Positions 16,145 through 26,110 are shown, numbered from the stretch's first letter. The stretch: 64,000 nt of DNA from Minisyncoccota bacterium (GCA_036405895.1 DASWWS010000002.1:124029-188028), one strand, 5' to 3'. The notes: generated from the sequence alone by a model not told the origin. Program-made: numbers and translations.

Positions 16145-16492
16145 ATGACACGAGTAAAACGAGGAACAATTGCAAACAAGCGCCGAAAGAACGTATTAGC
16201 CCAGGTAAAGGGGTACCGTTTTGGCCGCAGCACCAAGGAGCGAATGGCAAAGGATGCTATTGCCCACGCTGGGACCTACGCATTTGCACACCGCCGCGAC
16301 AAGAAAAGCGACAAGCGCCGATTGTGGCAGGTGCAGATCAATGCAGCAGTTCGCGAGCTTGGCCTCACCTACTCTGTGTTTATCGATAAGCTCAAGAAAG
16401 CGAACATCGAAGTAGACCGCAAAATCCTCTCTACTCTTGCACAAAACAGCCCTGCATCATTCAAGCGAATCTTTGATACAGTAAATAAATAA
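16145..16492 (+). CDS. rplT: 50S ribosomal protein L20
   Basis: MTRVKRGTIANKRRK... family match. Confidence 0.9.
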   Translation: MTRVKRGTIANKRRKNVLAQVKGYRFGRSTKERMAKDAIAHAGTYAFAHRRDKKSDKRRLWQVQINAAVRELGLTYSVFIDKLKKANIEVDRKILSTLAQNSPASFKRIFDTVNK

Positions 16493-16510
16493 GAATAATA
16501 AAAAATCTCC

Positions 16511-16540
16511 CGTTAAACGGGAGATTTTTTATTATTTTAT
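16511..16540. terminator. Bidirectional terminator AAAAATCTCCCGTTAAACGGGAGATTTTTT
   Basis: Hairpin plus T-run between convergent rplT and the pilin gene. Confidence 0.8.
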
Positions 16541-16998
16541 GATGGCCAGTACCCTTCAATAAAACAAGAGTACCCGGAATTTGTGTGATTCTGGTCACAG
16601 CGATTGTTCGGTGCCCAGTTTTCAAATATAGTAAAAATAATGTAGCCCTGATTACTGTTTGTCGGAGCATACTGAAGACGGCACTGTATATTAGCGGGAT
16701 CTTTGGGGTACGCCGGAAGAAACCCCTCTGTCACTAAGCTCTGCATAAAGTTATTGTTCGTTGTTGTATACCCCTCAGTTCCCACACATTCGTTTTCAGT
16801 ATAGTTGGGATAGTATCCATACTTATCGTAATAAAACTCAAGCGCTTTTTGTATTTCCCGAATAGTTGAAACGCGCTGTGCATCACGTCCTTTTGCCCGA
16901 GCACTGTTTAACGACGCGAGAACAACTGATGCCAAAATGCCGATCACTGCGATGACGACGAGGAGTTCGATGAGGGTGAAACCGTTTTGTTTTTTCAT
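16537..16998 (-). CDS. type IV pilin-like protein (prepilin)
   Basis: GFTLIELLVVIAVIGILASVV prepilin motif. Paralogous to 658..1110 and 17546..18016, sharing FYYDKYGYYP...ENECVGTEGYT. Confidence 0.8.
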   Translation of the reverse strand: MKKQNGFTLIELLVVIAVIGILASVVLASLNSARAKGRDAQRVSTIREIQKALEFYYDKYGYYPNYTENECVGTEGYTTTNNNFMQSLVTEGFLPAYPKDPANIQCRLQYAPTNSNQGYIIFTIFENWAPNNRCDQNHTNSGYSCFIEGYWPS

Positions 16999-16999
16999 A

Positions 17000-17524
17000 T
17001 TACCAATTTGTTCGCTCTGCATTCATCATCGCTCCTGGGGTAAACACTCCCGCTGTACACTGTGTCCCAGACCGGTCAGGGTCATAGAAACCAAAGCTTG
17101 CTGGCAAGGGCGGACACGAGACGCTTTCAATGGTTTGGTGGGCAATAAACTTGTAATCAATGCCATCTGAATTATATAAATAGCAGCCGTGCGTGGTAAC
17201 AGGCTTTGGGTCAAGTGGGAGGACTGGTATGTAGGTTGGAGCCAGGTTTGGAATATATCCGGTCGCACCCATGGTACCATATGAACCATAGGCAGAACAG
17301 TTTCCCCGCCATCCTCCTCCGCTCGAAGGATACACACCATAGTCTGCCATATACAGCTCAAGTGCATTCCTGACCTGTGTCAAATCAGCCTTTCTTTTTG
17401 CATCTCTCGACTTTGCCCGAGCACTGTTTAACGACGCGAGAACAACTGATGCCAAAATGCCGATCACTGCGATGACTACTAACAGTTCAATAAGGGTGAA
17501 ACCTCTTTGGCGAGCGCGAAACAT
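17000..17524 (-). CDS. type IV pilin-like protein (prepilin), divergent C-domain
   Basis: MFRARQRGFTLIELLVVIAVIGILASVV. A 64-bp segment is identical at the nucleotide level to 16895-16958. Confidence 0.75.
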   Translation of the reverse strand: MFRARQRGFTLIELLVVIAVIGILASVVLASLNSARAKSRDAKRKADLTQVRNALELYMADYGVYPSSGGGWRGNCSAYGSYGTMGATGYIPNLAPTYIPVLPLDPKPVTTHGCYLYNSDGIDYKFIAHQTIESVSCPPLPASFGFYDPDRSGTQCTAGVFTPGAMMNAERTNW

Positions 17525-17545
17525 GTATCCTCAGTATATCAGCAA

Positions 17546-18016
17546 TTACGAAGGCCACTCGCCTTCCATGAAGCAGGAATATCCTACATCCGTATGTTCC
17601 TGATTGCAGCGGCCGTTTGGCGGCAGTTTCTCAAACTTCACAAAAACAATGTAACTTTGATTGTTAGCATTGTATACGCCGTATTGCACATTGCAGTTTA
17701 CATTGTTGGGATCCTTTGGGTATGCCGGCAAAAACCCTTCGGTGACCAAGCTCTGCATAAAATTATTGTTCACTGTTGTGTACCCTTCCGTACCGACGCA
17801 TTCATTTTCCGTCTCGTGCGGATAATACCCATATTTGTCATAATAAAATTCCAGTCCTTTTTGTATTTCACGGATGGTGGCTGCCCGCTGCGCATCGCGT
17901 GCCTTTCCTCTCGCACTGTTCAAGGATGTCATCACAACGGATGCCAAAATCCCAATCACTGCGATGACGACCAAAAGTTCAATAAGGGTGAAGCCTCGAC
18001 TGGCATTAGATTTCAT
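17546..18016 (-). CDS. type IV pilin-like protein (prepilin)
   Basis: MKSNASRGFTLIELLVVIAVIGILASVV. Closest paralog of 16537..16998. Confidence 0.8.
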   Translation of the reverse strand: MKSNASRGFTLIELLVVIAVIGILASVVMTSLNSARGKARDAQRAATIREIQKGLEFYYDKYGYYPHETENECVGTEGYTTVNNNFMQSLVTEGFLPAYPKDPNNVNCNVQYGVYNANNQSYIVFVKFEKLPPNGRCNQEHTDVGYSCFMEGEWPS

Positions 18017-18033
18017 GTAAAGAGTATAGCAAA

Positions 18034-18798
18034 CTATAGCGTCAGAATTTCCGGATACCCTTCGGTATTGATAAGCACTGTATGTTCAAAATGAGCCGAG
18101 CGAGAGTTGTCGGAAGTCTTCAGCGTGTAGCCGTCTTTCAAGAGTATCACTTCTTCGCTTCCGCGCGAGAGCATTGGCTCGATAGCAATCACCATACCGG
18201 GAACTAATTTATCCCCTTTGCCTTTTTTGCCGTAGTTTGGAATGAATGGGTCTTCGTGGATATGGCGCCCTACGCCGTGCCCTGAAAGCCCGCGGACAAT
18301 ACCAAGGCGATATGGCTTCACAAACTCCTGGATTGCATAGCCAATGTCACCTACCGTTGCTCCTGGCACAATAGCTGCAATCCCTTCATCAAGCGCGCTT
18401 TTGGTAATAGAGAGGAGTTGCTTGTCCTTCGGAGAAATCTCTCCAATGCCTACAGTAATAGCGTGATCGAGGTACACTCCTTCGTACTTCAGTCCCAAGT
18501 CGAGCGCGACAATATCGCCCTCCTTCAATACATATTCCCCCGGTACACCATGCACCACTTCACTGTTAACTGAAGTAATCAGGCTCGCCGGATAGGGGCG
18601 GTCGGCGCCTTCAGGCGTGTAGTTGAGAAATGCAGGAGTGCAACCGGCATCAATAATAAGCTTGTGTGCAATCGCATCAAGTTCTTTTGTTGAAATGCCA
18701 ACCTTTGTTTGCTCCGCGACCTCGCGCAAAATACGCGCAAGGATTGGCCCTCCCTTTCGGAGCTTTGCTATCTCTTCTTCTGTTTTGATGATTATCAT
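18034..18798 (-). CDS. map: methionine aminopeptidase, type I
   Basis: 254 aa, pita-bread fold metal-ligand pattern (D,D,H,E,E). secY-adk-map synteny. Confidence 0.9.
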   Translation of the reverse strand: MIIIKTEEEIAKLRKGGPILARILREVAEQTKVGISTKELDAIAHKLIIDAGCTPAFLNYTPEGADRPYPASLITSVNSEVVHGVPGEYVLKEGDIVALDLGLKYEGVYLDHAITVGIGEISPKDKQLLSITKSALDEGIAAIVPGATVGDIGYAIQEFVKPYRLGIVRGLSGHGVGRHIHEDPFIPNYGKKGKGDKLVPGMVIAIEPMLSRGSEEVILLKDGYTLKTSDNSRSAHFEHTVLINTEGYPEILTL

Positions 18799-18820
18799 GT
18801 ATAAAAAATTACAGTTGCAA

Positions 18821-19408
18821 TTACAATCCTAAAATGTGGCAAATATCGCTGTGCACTTCTTCAATCGTCTGCTCGCCGGCAATATCGTGAAACCGTATCA
18901 GCGGGCTTTCGCGCAAGAGCACGATTGCGGGCTCAACGCTTTGGTGAAACCATTGAATACGCCCCCATACCTCTTCTTCCACGGCATCGTCCGCGCGGCC
19001 GCGCGCCTTGATATGCTCGTACGACCATTCGTCCGATACTTGGAGATTAATCACATGCGCCTCCCATCCGTAAAATTGAATCGCGGAGAGCAGCAACGGC
19101 ACTTCTTCGGGGACGCGCGGTGTTCCGTCAATAAAGACGGCTCCGGTGCCCGTATAGGCTTCTATAAGGCAGTGTGACCACATATGAACGCCGATAAACG
19201 GCGGCGGCAGCTTTCCTTTCTCTACCATTGATTTCACTTTCTTTCCGGTATAGGTGTCATTTGCAATGAGTTCTCGAAATTTCTTGCCGGTTTCAATAAT
19301 GCACGTGGCTAAAAGTGGATCAATTTGCTTGATCTTTGCTTCAAGGAGTTTTACTTGTGTACCCTTACCAGCACCTGAGCGCCCGATAAAGATATATACA
19401 CCGTTCAT
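18821..19408 (-). CDS. adk: adenylate kinase-like nucleoside monophosphate kinase
   Basis: P-loop IGRSGAGKGTQ. Position between secY and map. Start moved to MNGVYIFIG. Divergent lid region. Confidence 0.75.
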   Translation of the reverse strand: MNGVYIFIGRSGAGKGTQVKLLEAKIKQIDPLLATCIIETGKKFRELIANDTYTGKKVKSMVEKGKLPPPFIGVHMWSHCLIEAYTGTGAVFIDGTPRVPEEVPLLLSAIQFYGWEAHVINLQVSDEWSYEHIKARGRADDAVEEEVWGRIQWFHQSVEPAIVLLRESPLIRFHDIAGEQTIEEVHSDICHILGL

Positions 19409-19454
19409 ACGAACAAAGTATAGCAGTAAAGAGATGAAGAAGTAATAAAGAAGA

Positions 19455-20726
19455 TTAGTACTCTTGCATTGACACCTGAGCGTCAACGCGGCGAATGAGG
19501 TCAATGATAACTGAGACAGTAATCAACAAAGATGTTCCACCAATTGCAAATGCAGTGATACCAGAGAGATTTTGCACAATGATCGGAAGCACGGCAACTG
19601 TACCGAGGAAGAGCGAACCAACGAGCGTGATGCGGGTAACAACGCTTGCAAGGTAGCTGTCAGTTGCCTGTCCTGGGCGAGTACCCGGGATAAATGCGCC
19701 GTTTTTCTGAAGATTGTCGGCAATCTGTTTTGGATCAAAGGTGACCGCTGTATAGAAGTAGGTAAAGAACACTACAAGAACAAAGTAGATAGCAGCATAG
19801 AGCCATGTGTTCTGCAAAAACGCAGTGAGTCCCTGGCTGACCGCATAGAGCGCTGGCACTGTCGAAGTCTGCAGGAGTGTGGCAATAAACTGCGGGAAAA
19901 GGAGGAATGAAGACGCAAAGATGATCGGCATCACACCAGCCTGAGTAAGGCGAAGCGGGATGTACGAGTCGCTTCCACTAAAGCCACGCACTCCGCGCAC
20001 TTGGCGCGCGTACGTCACATGTACTGGGCGCTCCGCTTCGTAGATATACACCACTCCTGCAATAACGAGAAGTCCGATTGCAAGATAGAGAAGCACTGTT
20101 GGGAGCATGTCTATTGTGAACGTAAAGAGGAATTGTGAAATACTTGTTGGAAGAACGGCCAAGATACCAGCCAAGATGATGATGGATGTACCATTCCCGA
20201 TACCAAACTCATTAATAAGTTCACCGAGCCACAAAAGGAGCATTGAACCTGCAGTGATGATGACGATATTTGTAAGGAGGGATCCTGCTGAAAGAGTACC
20301 AATAGCGCCCTGAGTCTGAAGGTATTTCAAAAAAGCAAAGGCTTGCAGTACGGAAATAGGCAGCGTCAAAAGACGGGTGTACTGGTTAAAAGTACGGCGG
20401 CCCGCTTCCCCGCTCTCCTGCATCAATTCCTTCATTGAAGGAATCATCATGCCGAGCACCTGCATAATGATAGATGCGGTGATGTAAGGAGAAACACCAA
20501 GCATAACGATAGAGAATGAAGAAAGTCCTCCACCAGAGAGCGTGCTAAAGAGCGAGAGAAGCTGGTTGTTTGCAAGAAATTCTGTCAAACGGCTCGTGTC
20601 TACTCCGGGAACCGGGATAGTACCGAGAAGTCGGAAAATAACAAGAACACCGAGCACAAAAAGGATGCGGTTTCGAAGAGACCGATCCATTATTGCTGTT
20701 TTTAGTTTTTTGAAAAAAGTGTTCAT
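19455..20726 (-). CDS. secY: preprotein translocase subunit SecY
   Basis: 423 aa, 10 TM helices, conserved SecY motifs. Lies after rplO. Confidence 0.9.
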   Translation of the reverse strand: MNTFFKKLKTAIMDRSLRNRILFVLGVLVIFRLLGTIPVPGVDTSRLTEFLANNQLLSLFSTLSGGGLSSFSIVMLGVSPYITASIIMQVLGMMIPSMKELMQESGEAGRRTFNQYTRLLTLPISVLQAFAFLKYLQTQGAIGTLSAGSLLTNIVIITAGSMLLLWLGELINEFGIGNGTSIIILAGILAVLPTSISQFLFTFTIDMLPTVLLYLAIGLLVIAGVVYIYEAERPVHVTYARQVRGVRGFSGSDSYIPLRLTQAGVMPIIFASSFLLFPQFIATLLQTSTVPALYAVSQGLTAFLQNTWLYAAIYFVLVVFFTYFYTAVTFDPKQIADNLQKNGAFIPGTRPGQATDSYLASVVTRITLVGSLFLGTVAVLPIIVQNLSGITAFAIGGTSLLITVSVIIDLIRRVDAQVSMQEY

Positions 20727-20746
20727 GGGGCGGATGGATATAATGC

Positions 20747-21187
20747 CTAGCCGAGGACAGTACCTCCAGCTGCTTCAATTTTTGCTTTCGCAATGTCAGT
20801 AATCTGACATTCGCGGATAGTAACTGCCTTGGTGATTTCCCCTCCTGCGAGGATTTTCACAACCGGGATGCGGCCTTGTGAGCGGCGTACGAGACCTGCT
20901 GCAAAGAGTGCTGCTGGTGTAACTGATGCGCCTGCTGTAAATACGCGTTCGATTTGAGACACGTTTACAGGAGATGGCTTGATAGCAAAGGCCTTGTTGG
21001 TGTTCTTGCCGCGACCGCGAAGTTTTGGCAACTTCTTGATCATATCACGAATCATCGGGCGAATCTTGTGACCTGCACGAGCGCGCTGACCTTTGGTACC
21101 GCGACCAGAAGTCTTACCGCGCTTGCTACCGCGGCCGACGAGCTTTGCTTTCTTGTTTTCAGTTGTGCGCTTGATAGTGTTTAACAT
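20747..21187 (-). CDS. rplO: 50S ribosomal protein L15
   Basis: Family match and synteny. No L30 gene between it and rpsE. Confidence 0.9.
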   Translation of the reverse strand: MLNTIKRTTENKKAKLVGRGSKRGKTSGRGTKGQRARAGHKIRPMIRDMIKKLPKLRGRGKNTNKAFAIKPSPVNVSQIERVFTAGASVTPAALFAAGLVRRSQGRIPVVKILAGGEITKAVTIRECQITDIAKAKIEAAGGTVLG

Positions 21188-21197
21188 GGTAGTGATA

Positions 21198-21836
21198 TTA
21201 TTTCTTCTCTTGTGGAGCTACAGGAGCTGCTACAAATGTTTCTGCTGGCTTAGGAGCCGTGAACACGTGCTTAGTGCTGATAGTAGAAAGTGCCTTCATC
21301 ACCGCGCGCGCTGTGTTGAGCTTGTTCTTGCTTCCTGAAATTACTTTCCCTGAAACGTCTTTGAGTCCTGCGATAACAGCGATGTCGCGAAGTGCTGCAC
21401 CTACTACAAGCCCCTTACCATTGTTTGGGAAAAGCATCACCTTGCTTGAAGTGTACTTTGCATTCACATCGTGAGGAATAGAGTGCTTCTCTGTGCGCTT
21501 GATTTTGATTGCGTTTTTCTTTGCATCCTTGAGAGCCTTTGCAATAGCGAGGGCTGTGTCATTACCCTTCCCTGTTCCAACACCAACCACTCCGAGAAGC
21601 TTGTCTCCGATAATCATAGAAACGGCAAAACTCATACGGCGACCACCTGCAACCACGCGAGTAACTCGGCGGATATCAAGAATTTTTTGGTCAACGTCTT
21701 TTACGCGCTCTGTAAACGGTTTGCCGTCACGGCGAGGTCCGCGAGGACCTGAGCCACCTGCACCACCAGTGCGAGGACCGCGGCTTTGGTAGCTTGATGT
21801 GTTTGATGGAGTTGTAGGTGTAGTAGGTGTAGTCAT
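21198..21836 (-). CDS. rpsE: 30S ribosomal protein S5, with low-complexity N- and C-terminal extensions
   Basis: Core RVTRVVAGGRRMSF...GVGTGKG. N-terminal Thr/Pro/Gly-rich extension. Confidence 0.9.
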   Translation of the reverse strand: MTTPTTPTTPSNTSSYQSRGPRTGGAGGSGPRGPRRDGKPFTERVKDVDQKILDIRRVTRVVAGGRRMSFAVSMIIGDKLLGVVGVGTGKGNDTALAIAKALKDAKKNAIKIKRTEKHSIPHDVNAKYTSSKVMLFPNNGKGLVVGAALRDIAVIAGLKDVSGKVISGSKNKLNTARAVMKALSTISTKHVFTAPKPAETFVAAPVAPQEKK

Positions 21837-21844
21837 AAAAATGT

Positions 21845-22192
21845 TTAGAAGTTAAGTCCCGCTTCTCGAGCTGCGTCAGCTAAAGCTTTCACGCGACCTG
21901 CGTACTTAAAGCCGTTTCGGTCAAACACTACTGTGTCGATTCCTTTTGCTTTTGCAGCTGCTGCAATGCCCTTCCCGACCGTTTGCGCACTTTCCATCTT
22001 TGTTCCCTTTGCTTTTGGAAGATCGTTGAATGCCAAGAGGGTTACTGCTTTTACGTCATCAATAAGCTGAGCGTAGATATGTGTACTTGAACGAAAGACG
22101 CTCAAACGAGGGCGAGTGTCTGTGCCTGAAATAGTAGCACGAATCTTGCGCTTGATGCGGAGTTTCTTCTGTTGTGGCGTTTGTCGTGACAT
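21845..22192 (-). CDS. rplR: 50S ribosomal protein L18
   Basis: Family match and synteny. Confidence 0.9.
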   Translation of the reverse strand: MSRQTPQQKKLRIKRKIRATISGTDTRPRLSVFRSSTHIYAQLIDDVKAVTLLAFNDLPKAKGTKMESAQTVGKGIAAAAKAKGIDTVVFDRNGFKYAGRVKALADAAREAGLNF

Positions 22193-22208
22193 ATAATTGA
22201 TTTATTGA

Positions 22209-22748
22209 TTATGCAGTCTTCTTACCTGCCTTGCGACGAATCACTTCGTTATCGTAGCGGAAGCCCTTACCCTTATATGGTTCTGGCTTTTTCTTTGCGC
22301 GTACTGATGCAGCGAATTCTCCCACAACTTCCTTGTTAATACCAGTGATAGTGATGTTATTCTTCTCTGCTGTTACAGTGAGGCCTTCAGGAATTGCAAT
22401 CACAACAGGGTGAGAGAAACCGAGTGCAAGGTGAAGATCAGTGCCTTTGACTTCGCTCTTAAAACCAACCCCTTCGAGGATAAGCTTTTTCACATACGGT
22501 GTGTTTACTCCAGCAATCATGTTCTTCACGTGTGAAGCATGTGTTCCCCAAATAGCGCGAGCAAATGAATCAGTCCCCTTTTGTTCAAAGGTAACGAGCG
22601 CGTTTGCAGCATCGATGTTGATAGTTACCACTTCAGGAAGATTTTTTTCGAGTGTGCCAAGTGGCCCCTTCACGCGGAGAATGCCTCCTTCGTATGTAAC
22701 TTCAGTATTAGCTGGGATTACCAATTGTTGTTTTCCTACTCTGCTCAT
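22209..22748 (-). CDS. rplF: 50S ribosomal protein L6
   Basis: Family match. Start moved to MSRVGKQQLVIP to avoid overlap with rpsH. Confidence 0.9.
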   Translation of the reverse strand: MSRVGKQQLVIPANTEVTYEGGILRVKGPLGTLEKNLPEVVTINIDAANALVTFEQKGTDSFARAIWGTHASHVKNMIAGVNTPYVKKLILEGVGFKSEVKGTDLHLALGFSHPVVIAIPEGLTVTAEKNNITITGINKEVVGEFAASVRAKKKPEPYKGKGFRYDNEVIRRKAGKKTA

Positions 22749-22752
22749 ATAA

Positions 22753-23142
22753 TTACCAAATTTTGAATAACGCTTCTCCACCGACCAATTCTTTCTTTGC
22801 CTGCTTGTCGCTGAGGATTCCTTTCGGAGTTGAAAGGATGATAAGACCGTGGCCGTTTTTCACTGGGCGAAGGTCGCGAGTGCCCATGTATACGCGGCGA
22901 GAAGACTTTGAAATACGCGCAACATCCTGAATCTTTGCAACACCGTCTTTGTACAAGAGTCCGATTTCAATAACAGGAATATTGTTCTTTTCTGTCTTCT
23001 TTGAAACATCAGAAACAAAGCCGTGCTCCTTAAGGCACTGTGCGATTGCGTACTTAAGCGCTGAAAAAGGCACTACCACACGGTCTTTTGAAACCATGGA
23101 AGCGTTTTTCATTGTGATGATCATGTTTGAGATTGAATCCAT
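22753..23142 (-). CDS. rpsH: 30S ribosomal protein S8
   Basis: Family match and synteny. Confidence 0.9.
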   Translation of the reverse strand: MDSISNMIITMKNASMVSKDRVVVPFSALKYAIAQCLKEHGFVSDVSKKTEKNNIPVIEIGLLYKDGVAKIQDVARISKSSRRVYMGTRDLRPVKNGHGLIILSTPKGILSDKQAKKELVGGEALFKIW

Positions 23143-23155
23143 AAAAATAGTGAGA

Positions 23156-23341
23156 TTACCAAGAAGACTTGCGAATACCCGGAATCATGCCCTCGTTGGC
23201 AAGTTCGCGGAAACAAATACGGCATAGCCCGAAATCGCGCATGTAGCCATGACGACGACCACACTTGAAACAGCGGTTTACAATGCGGGTGCTAAATTTT
23301 GGCGTCTTTTTGGAACGCGCAATAACGGATGTCTTTGCCAT
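23156..23341 (-). CDS. rpsN: 30S ribosomal protein S14, type Z (zinc-binding, 61 aa)
   Basis: [12 protein letters not shown]...CFKCGRRHG...CRIC, a C4 zinc ribbon. The ORF-track N-terminal extension was rejected. Confidence 0.85.
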   Translation of the reverse strand: MAKTSVIARSKKTPKFSTRIVNRCFKCGRRHGYMRDFGLCRICFRELANEGMIPGIRKSSW

Positions 23342-23498
23342 ATTGATTGAACGTTCTGTGGAATATCGCGCGTTGCTTTCTTCTGTACTCAAAACTTGGG
23401 TAAAAAAGAGAGAAATGCGGATTACCAAAGAACTCGAGTATCTTATCAAATGAAGCTTCTTTCGTCAACCCGACTTCCCTATTAATAATAAAAGCCCC

Positions 23499-24059
23499 TT
23501 ATACAGGGGCTTTCGCTTCTTTTTGTAAGGCTATTTTCTGTGAAAAATGCTCATACACTTTTGAGTCCGCAAACAATGGATTTTTTACTATGAGCCATAA
23601 ATTATGGTCATACTCTGTCTCGACCAAAGCAATCACCTTCTCAACCATAGAGGGGGCGAGAAATGCGCCCCTTAAAACAAGAAAAGCATCTGGGGAAAGC
23701 TCTTTTGTTGAATAGCCATGCAATATGGTCAATCGATAGTCGTTTTCGGTTTGATCGATCCACGACTCGAGGTATGGCCCTAATAGCTTAGCAAAGTCAG
23801 AAATAAACCCTCCCGCTTCTTGATAGCATTCGAAAAGCTTGTTGATGTTTCTTAGGAAACCAAAACGCTCATCACTTTGAGGGTGAAGGGTTCCTATTCC
23901 ATATGAAAGAGTACTTTCAACATGAGTTCGTGTTGCCGCTTTTTTCTCTTTCAAAAGGGCTTCAGCATTATGATTCGATTTCAAGTAAAGAACCATTAAA
24001 GGGATTCCTGCGATGAAACCTCCTGTAAAGAAATAAATAATTCCATTCATAGTCTTCAA
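23499..24059 (-). CDS. Hypothetical membrane-anchored protein inserted between rpsN and rplE
   Basis: 186 aa, N-terminal TM helix, no family recognised. Flanked by terminator hairpins at 23483-23510 and 24096-24122. Confidence 0.5.
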   Translation of the reverse strand: MKTMNGIIYFFTGGFIAGIPLMVLYLKSNHNAEALLKEKKAATRTHVESTLSYGIGTLHPQSDERFGFLRNINKLFECYQEAGGFISDFAKLLGPYLESWIDQTENDYRLTILHGYSTKELSPDAFLVLRGAFLAPSMVEKVIALVETEYDHNLWLIVKNPLFADSKVYEHFSQKIALQKEAKAPV

Positions 24060-24095
24060 TTTTTTCCTGATACTACTCCCTTCCCCTTAAATGTC

Positions 24096-24122
24096 AAAGA
24101 CCGCCCTTGCGGGCGGTCTTTT
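24096..24122. terminator. Bidirectional terminator AAAGACCGCCCTTGCGGGCGGTCTTTT inside the spc operon
   Basis: Perfect GC hairpin flanked by A/T runs. Confidence 0.75.
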
Positions 24123-24131
24123 AGTAAAAAA

Positions 24132-24680
24132 TTATTTCTCTACTTCTTTCTTGAATGGGATTCCAAGGTGTTCGAAGAATGCGAGGGCTTCAGCTTTGGT
24201 CTTTGCAGAAGACACAAGAGTGATAGCAAGACCGAAGACATCGCGGAGGTCTTCGTCGGAAGTTTCCGGGAAGATAGAATGCTCCTTGATGCCGATAGTC
24301 ATGTTCCCGATTGAGTCCACAACCTTGCGATCAATTCCGCGGAAGTCTTTTGTACGAGGAAGCGCAATGTGGATGAGCTTGTCGACAAAGTGGTTCATGC
24401 GAGCGCCGCGAAGCGTTACCGTGAGTCCTACAGGATCCCCTTCACGGATCTTGAAGCTTGCCACTGACATCTTTGCCACGCGAAGCGTAGGCTTTTGGCC
24501 GGTGATGCGCATAAGGCGGTCTGCCACAAGGTTATTTCGTTCGCGGTCCTTCTTCATTCCTGAACCGGTTCCGCTTGAAACTACCACCTTCATGAGCTTC
24601 GGTGCTGCCATCTTGTTCTTGTAGCCAAACGCGCTGAGCGCTTCAGGTACTTTTTCTTGTTGTGCTTTAGTGAGTTGCAT
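24132..24680 (-). CDS. rplE: 50S ribosomal protein L5
   Basis: Family match and synteny. Confidence 0.9.
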   Translation of the reverse strand: MQLTKAQQEKVPEALSAFGYKNKMAAPKLMKVVVSSGTGSGMKKDRERNNLVADRLMRITGQKPTLRVAKMSVASFKIREGDPVGLTVTLRGARMNHFVDKLIHIALPRTKDFRGIDRKVVDSIGNMTIGIKEHSIFPETSDEDLRDVFGLAITLVSSAKTKAEALAFFEHLGIPFKKEVEK

Positions 24681-24684
24681 AAAA

Positions 24685-24993
24685 TTATTTTAGAGTCTTA
24701 CCGCTTTTCTTCTCAAATCGAACCTTTTTGCCGTCTTCAGTGCGTACACCGATGCGAGTACCGGTACCGGTCTTACTATCGATAAGCATAACATTTGATG
24801 CGTTGAATGCTACTTCAACTTCAACAATAGAGCCTTTCTCGGTCTTTGAACGAGCCTTGATGTGGCGCTTTGCCTTGTTTACACCGTCAACGATAACGCG
24901 ATTGGTTTCTTTGATAACACGCGCAACAGTCCCCTTCTGACCCTTGTTCTTGCCGGCTGTTACTATTACATTGTCTCCTTTTTTGATCTTCAT
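24685..24993 (-). CDS. rplX: 50S ribosomal protein L24
   Basis: KOW motif. Synteny. Confidence 0.9.
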   Translation of the reverse strand: MKIKKGDNVIVTAGKNKGQKGTVARVIKETNRVIVDGVNKAKRHIKARSKTEKGSIVEVEVAFNASNVMLIDSKTGTGTRIGVRTEDGKKVRFEKKSGKTLK

Positions 24994-25005
24994 AAAAATT
25001 TTGTA

Positions 25006-25377
25006 TTAGAGGACTTCAGGTGCCAATGACACGATTTTCTGATAGCCAAGTTCACTGATCTCACGTGGGATCGGTCCAAAGATGCGTCCAGCCTTCGGCT
25101 CTTTCTTTCCTTTATCAATGATAACAACAGCGTTGTCGTCAAAGCGGATGTATGAACCGTCCTTTCGGCGAAATGCTGTCTTTTGGCGTACTACTACACC
25201 ATATACCACATCCTTTTTCTTAATCGGCTTGCGAGGTTCTGCAACCTTTACAGAAAGCACTACCAAGTCGCCAATCATCGCATAGCGACGTCGTGAGCCG
25301 CCGAGCACCTTAAAAATCTTACCGATTTTACCGCCGCCGTTGTCTGTGATTTTTACTACTGTTCCTGCTTGTAACAT
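25006..25377 (-). CDS. rplN: 50S ribosomal protein L14
   Basis: Family match and synteny. Confidence 0.9.
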   Translation of the reverse strand: MLQAGTVVKITDNGGGKIGKIFKVLGGSRRRYAMIGDLVVLSVKVAEPRKPIKKKDVVYGVVVRQKTAFRRKDGSYIRFDDNAVVIIDKGKKEPKAGRIFGPIPREISELGYQKIVSLAPEVL

Positions 25378-25387
25378 ATAATTGAAA

Positions 25388-25633
25388 TTATGCTTTTACT
25401 ACTGAAAAGCGCTTGTCTTTTGAAATTGGGCGACCTTCAACAATAGAAACCAAGTCCCCTTTCTTTGCAGCATTGTCTTCGCTGTGAGCCTTGAACTTCT
25501 TTGTAATCTTGAGGTACTTTTTGTACTTCGGGTGCTTCACAAAACGGGTAACAGCAACAACCACCGTCTTGTCCATTTTGTCGGAGACGACTGTGCCTTT
25601 GAGTATTTTGTTTGTAGTGGTTGTTGTAGTCAT
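25388..25633 (-). CDS. rpsQ: 30S ribosomal protein S17
   Basis: Family match. Only 49 nt separate it from rplP, so there is no L29 gene. Confidence 0.9.
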   Translation of the reverse strand: MTTTTTTNKILKGTVVSDKMDKTVVVAVTRFVKHPKYKKYLKITKKFKAHSEDNAAKKGDLVSIVEGRPISKDKRFSVVKA

Positions 25634-25682
25634 ATTGCGTGTGTATAGTACTTATTTTTCAGTGTTTGGCAAGTTTGGGCGT

Positions 25683-26099
25683 TTATGCGCGTGCAACGAT
25701 GCGGGTCTTCACAGGAAGTTTTGTTCCCGCTTTGCGAAGGGCTTCGCGAGCGATAGCTTCATCAACTCCGTCTACCTCAAAGAGGATACGGCCAGGGAGC
25801 ACTTCTACGTGGTACCCTTCGAGATCACCCTTACCCTTACCCATCGGCTGCTGTGCAGCTTTTTCTGTAAACGGACGGTCTGGGAATACGCGAATCCACA
25901 TGCGGCCAACTTTTGTAAGGTGGCGAGATGCTGCCTTGCGGGCTGCTTCGATCTGGTTTGAAGTAACGCGGCCCATAGATTCTGTCTTAAGACCAAATGA
26001 TCCGAAGTTCACAAGCGTTCCGCGAGTTTCAACGCGCTCACTCATGTCAGTTCGTTTCTTTTGCCATTTTCGGTATTTTACTTTTTTAGGGAATAACAT
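25683..26099 (-). CDS. rplP: 50S ribosomal protein L16
   Basis: Family match and synteny. Confidence 0.9.
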   Translation of the reverse strand: MLFPKKVKYRKWQKKRTDMSERVETRGTLVNFGSFGLKTESMGRVTSNQIEAARKAASRHLTKVGRMWIRVFPDRPFTEKAAQQPMGKGKGDLEGYHVEVLPGRILFEVDGVDEAIAREALRKAGTKLPVKTRIVARA

Positions 26100-26110
26100 G
26101 ATAGTAACTC

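Noticed and set aside
25634-25682. Looked for rpmC (L29) between rplP and rpsQ
   Set aside because: Only 49 nt are available, and no ORF of any size fits. It is recorded as a probable genuine absence rather than a feature.
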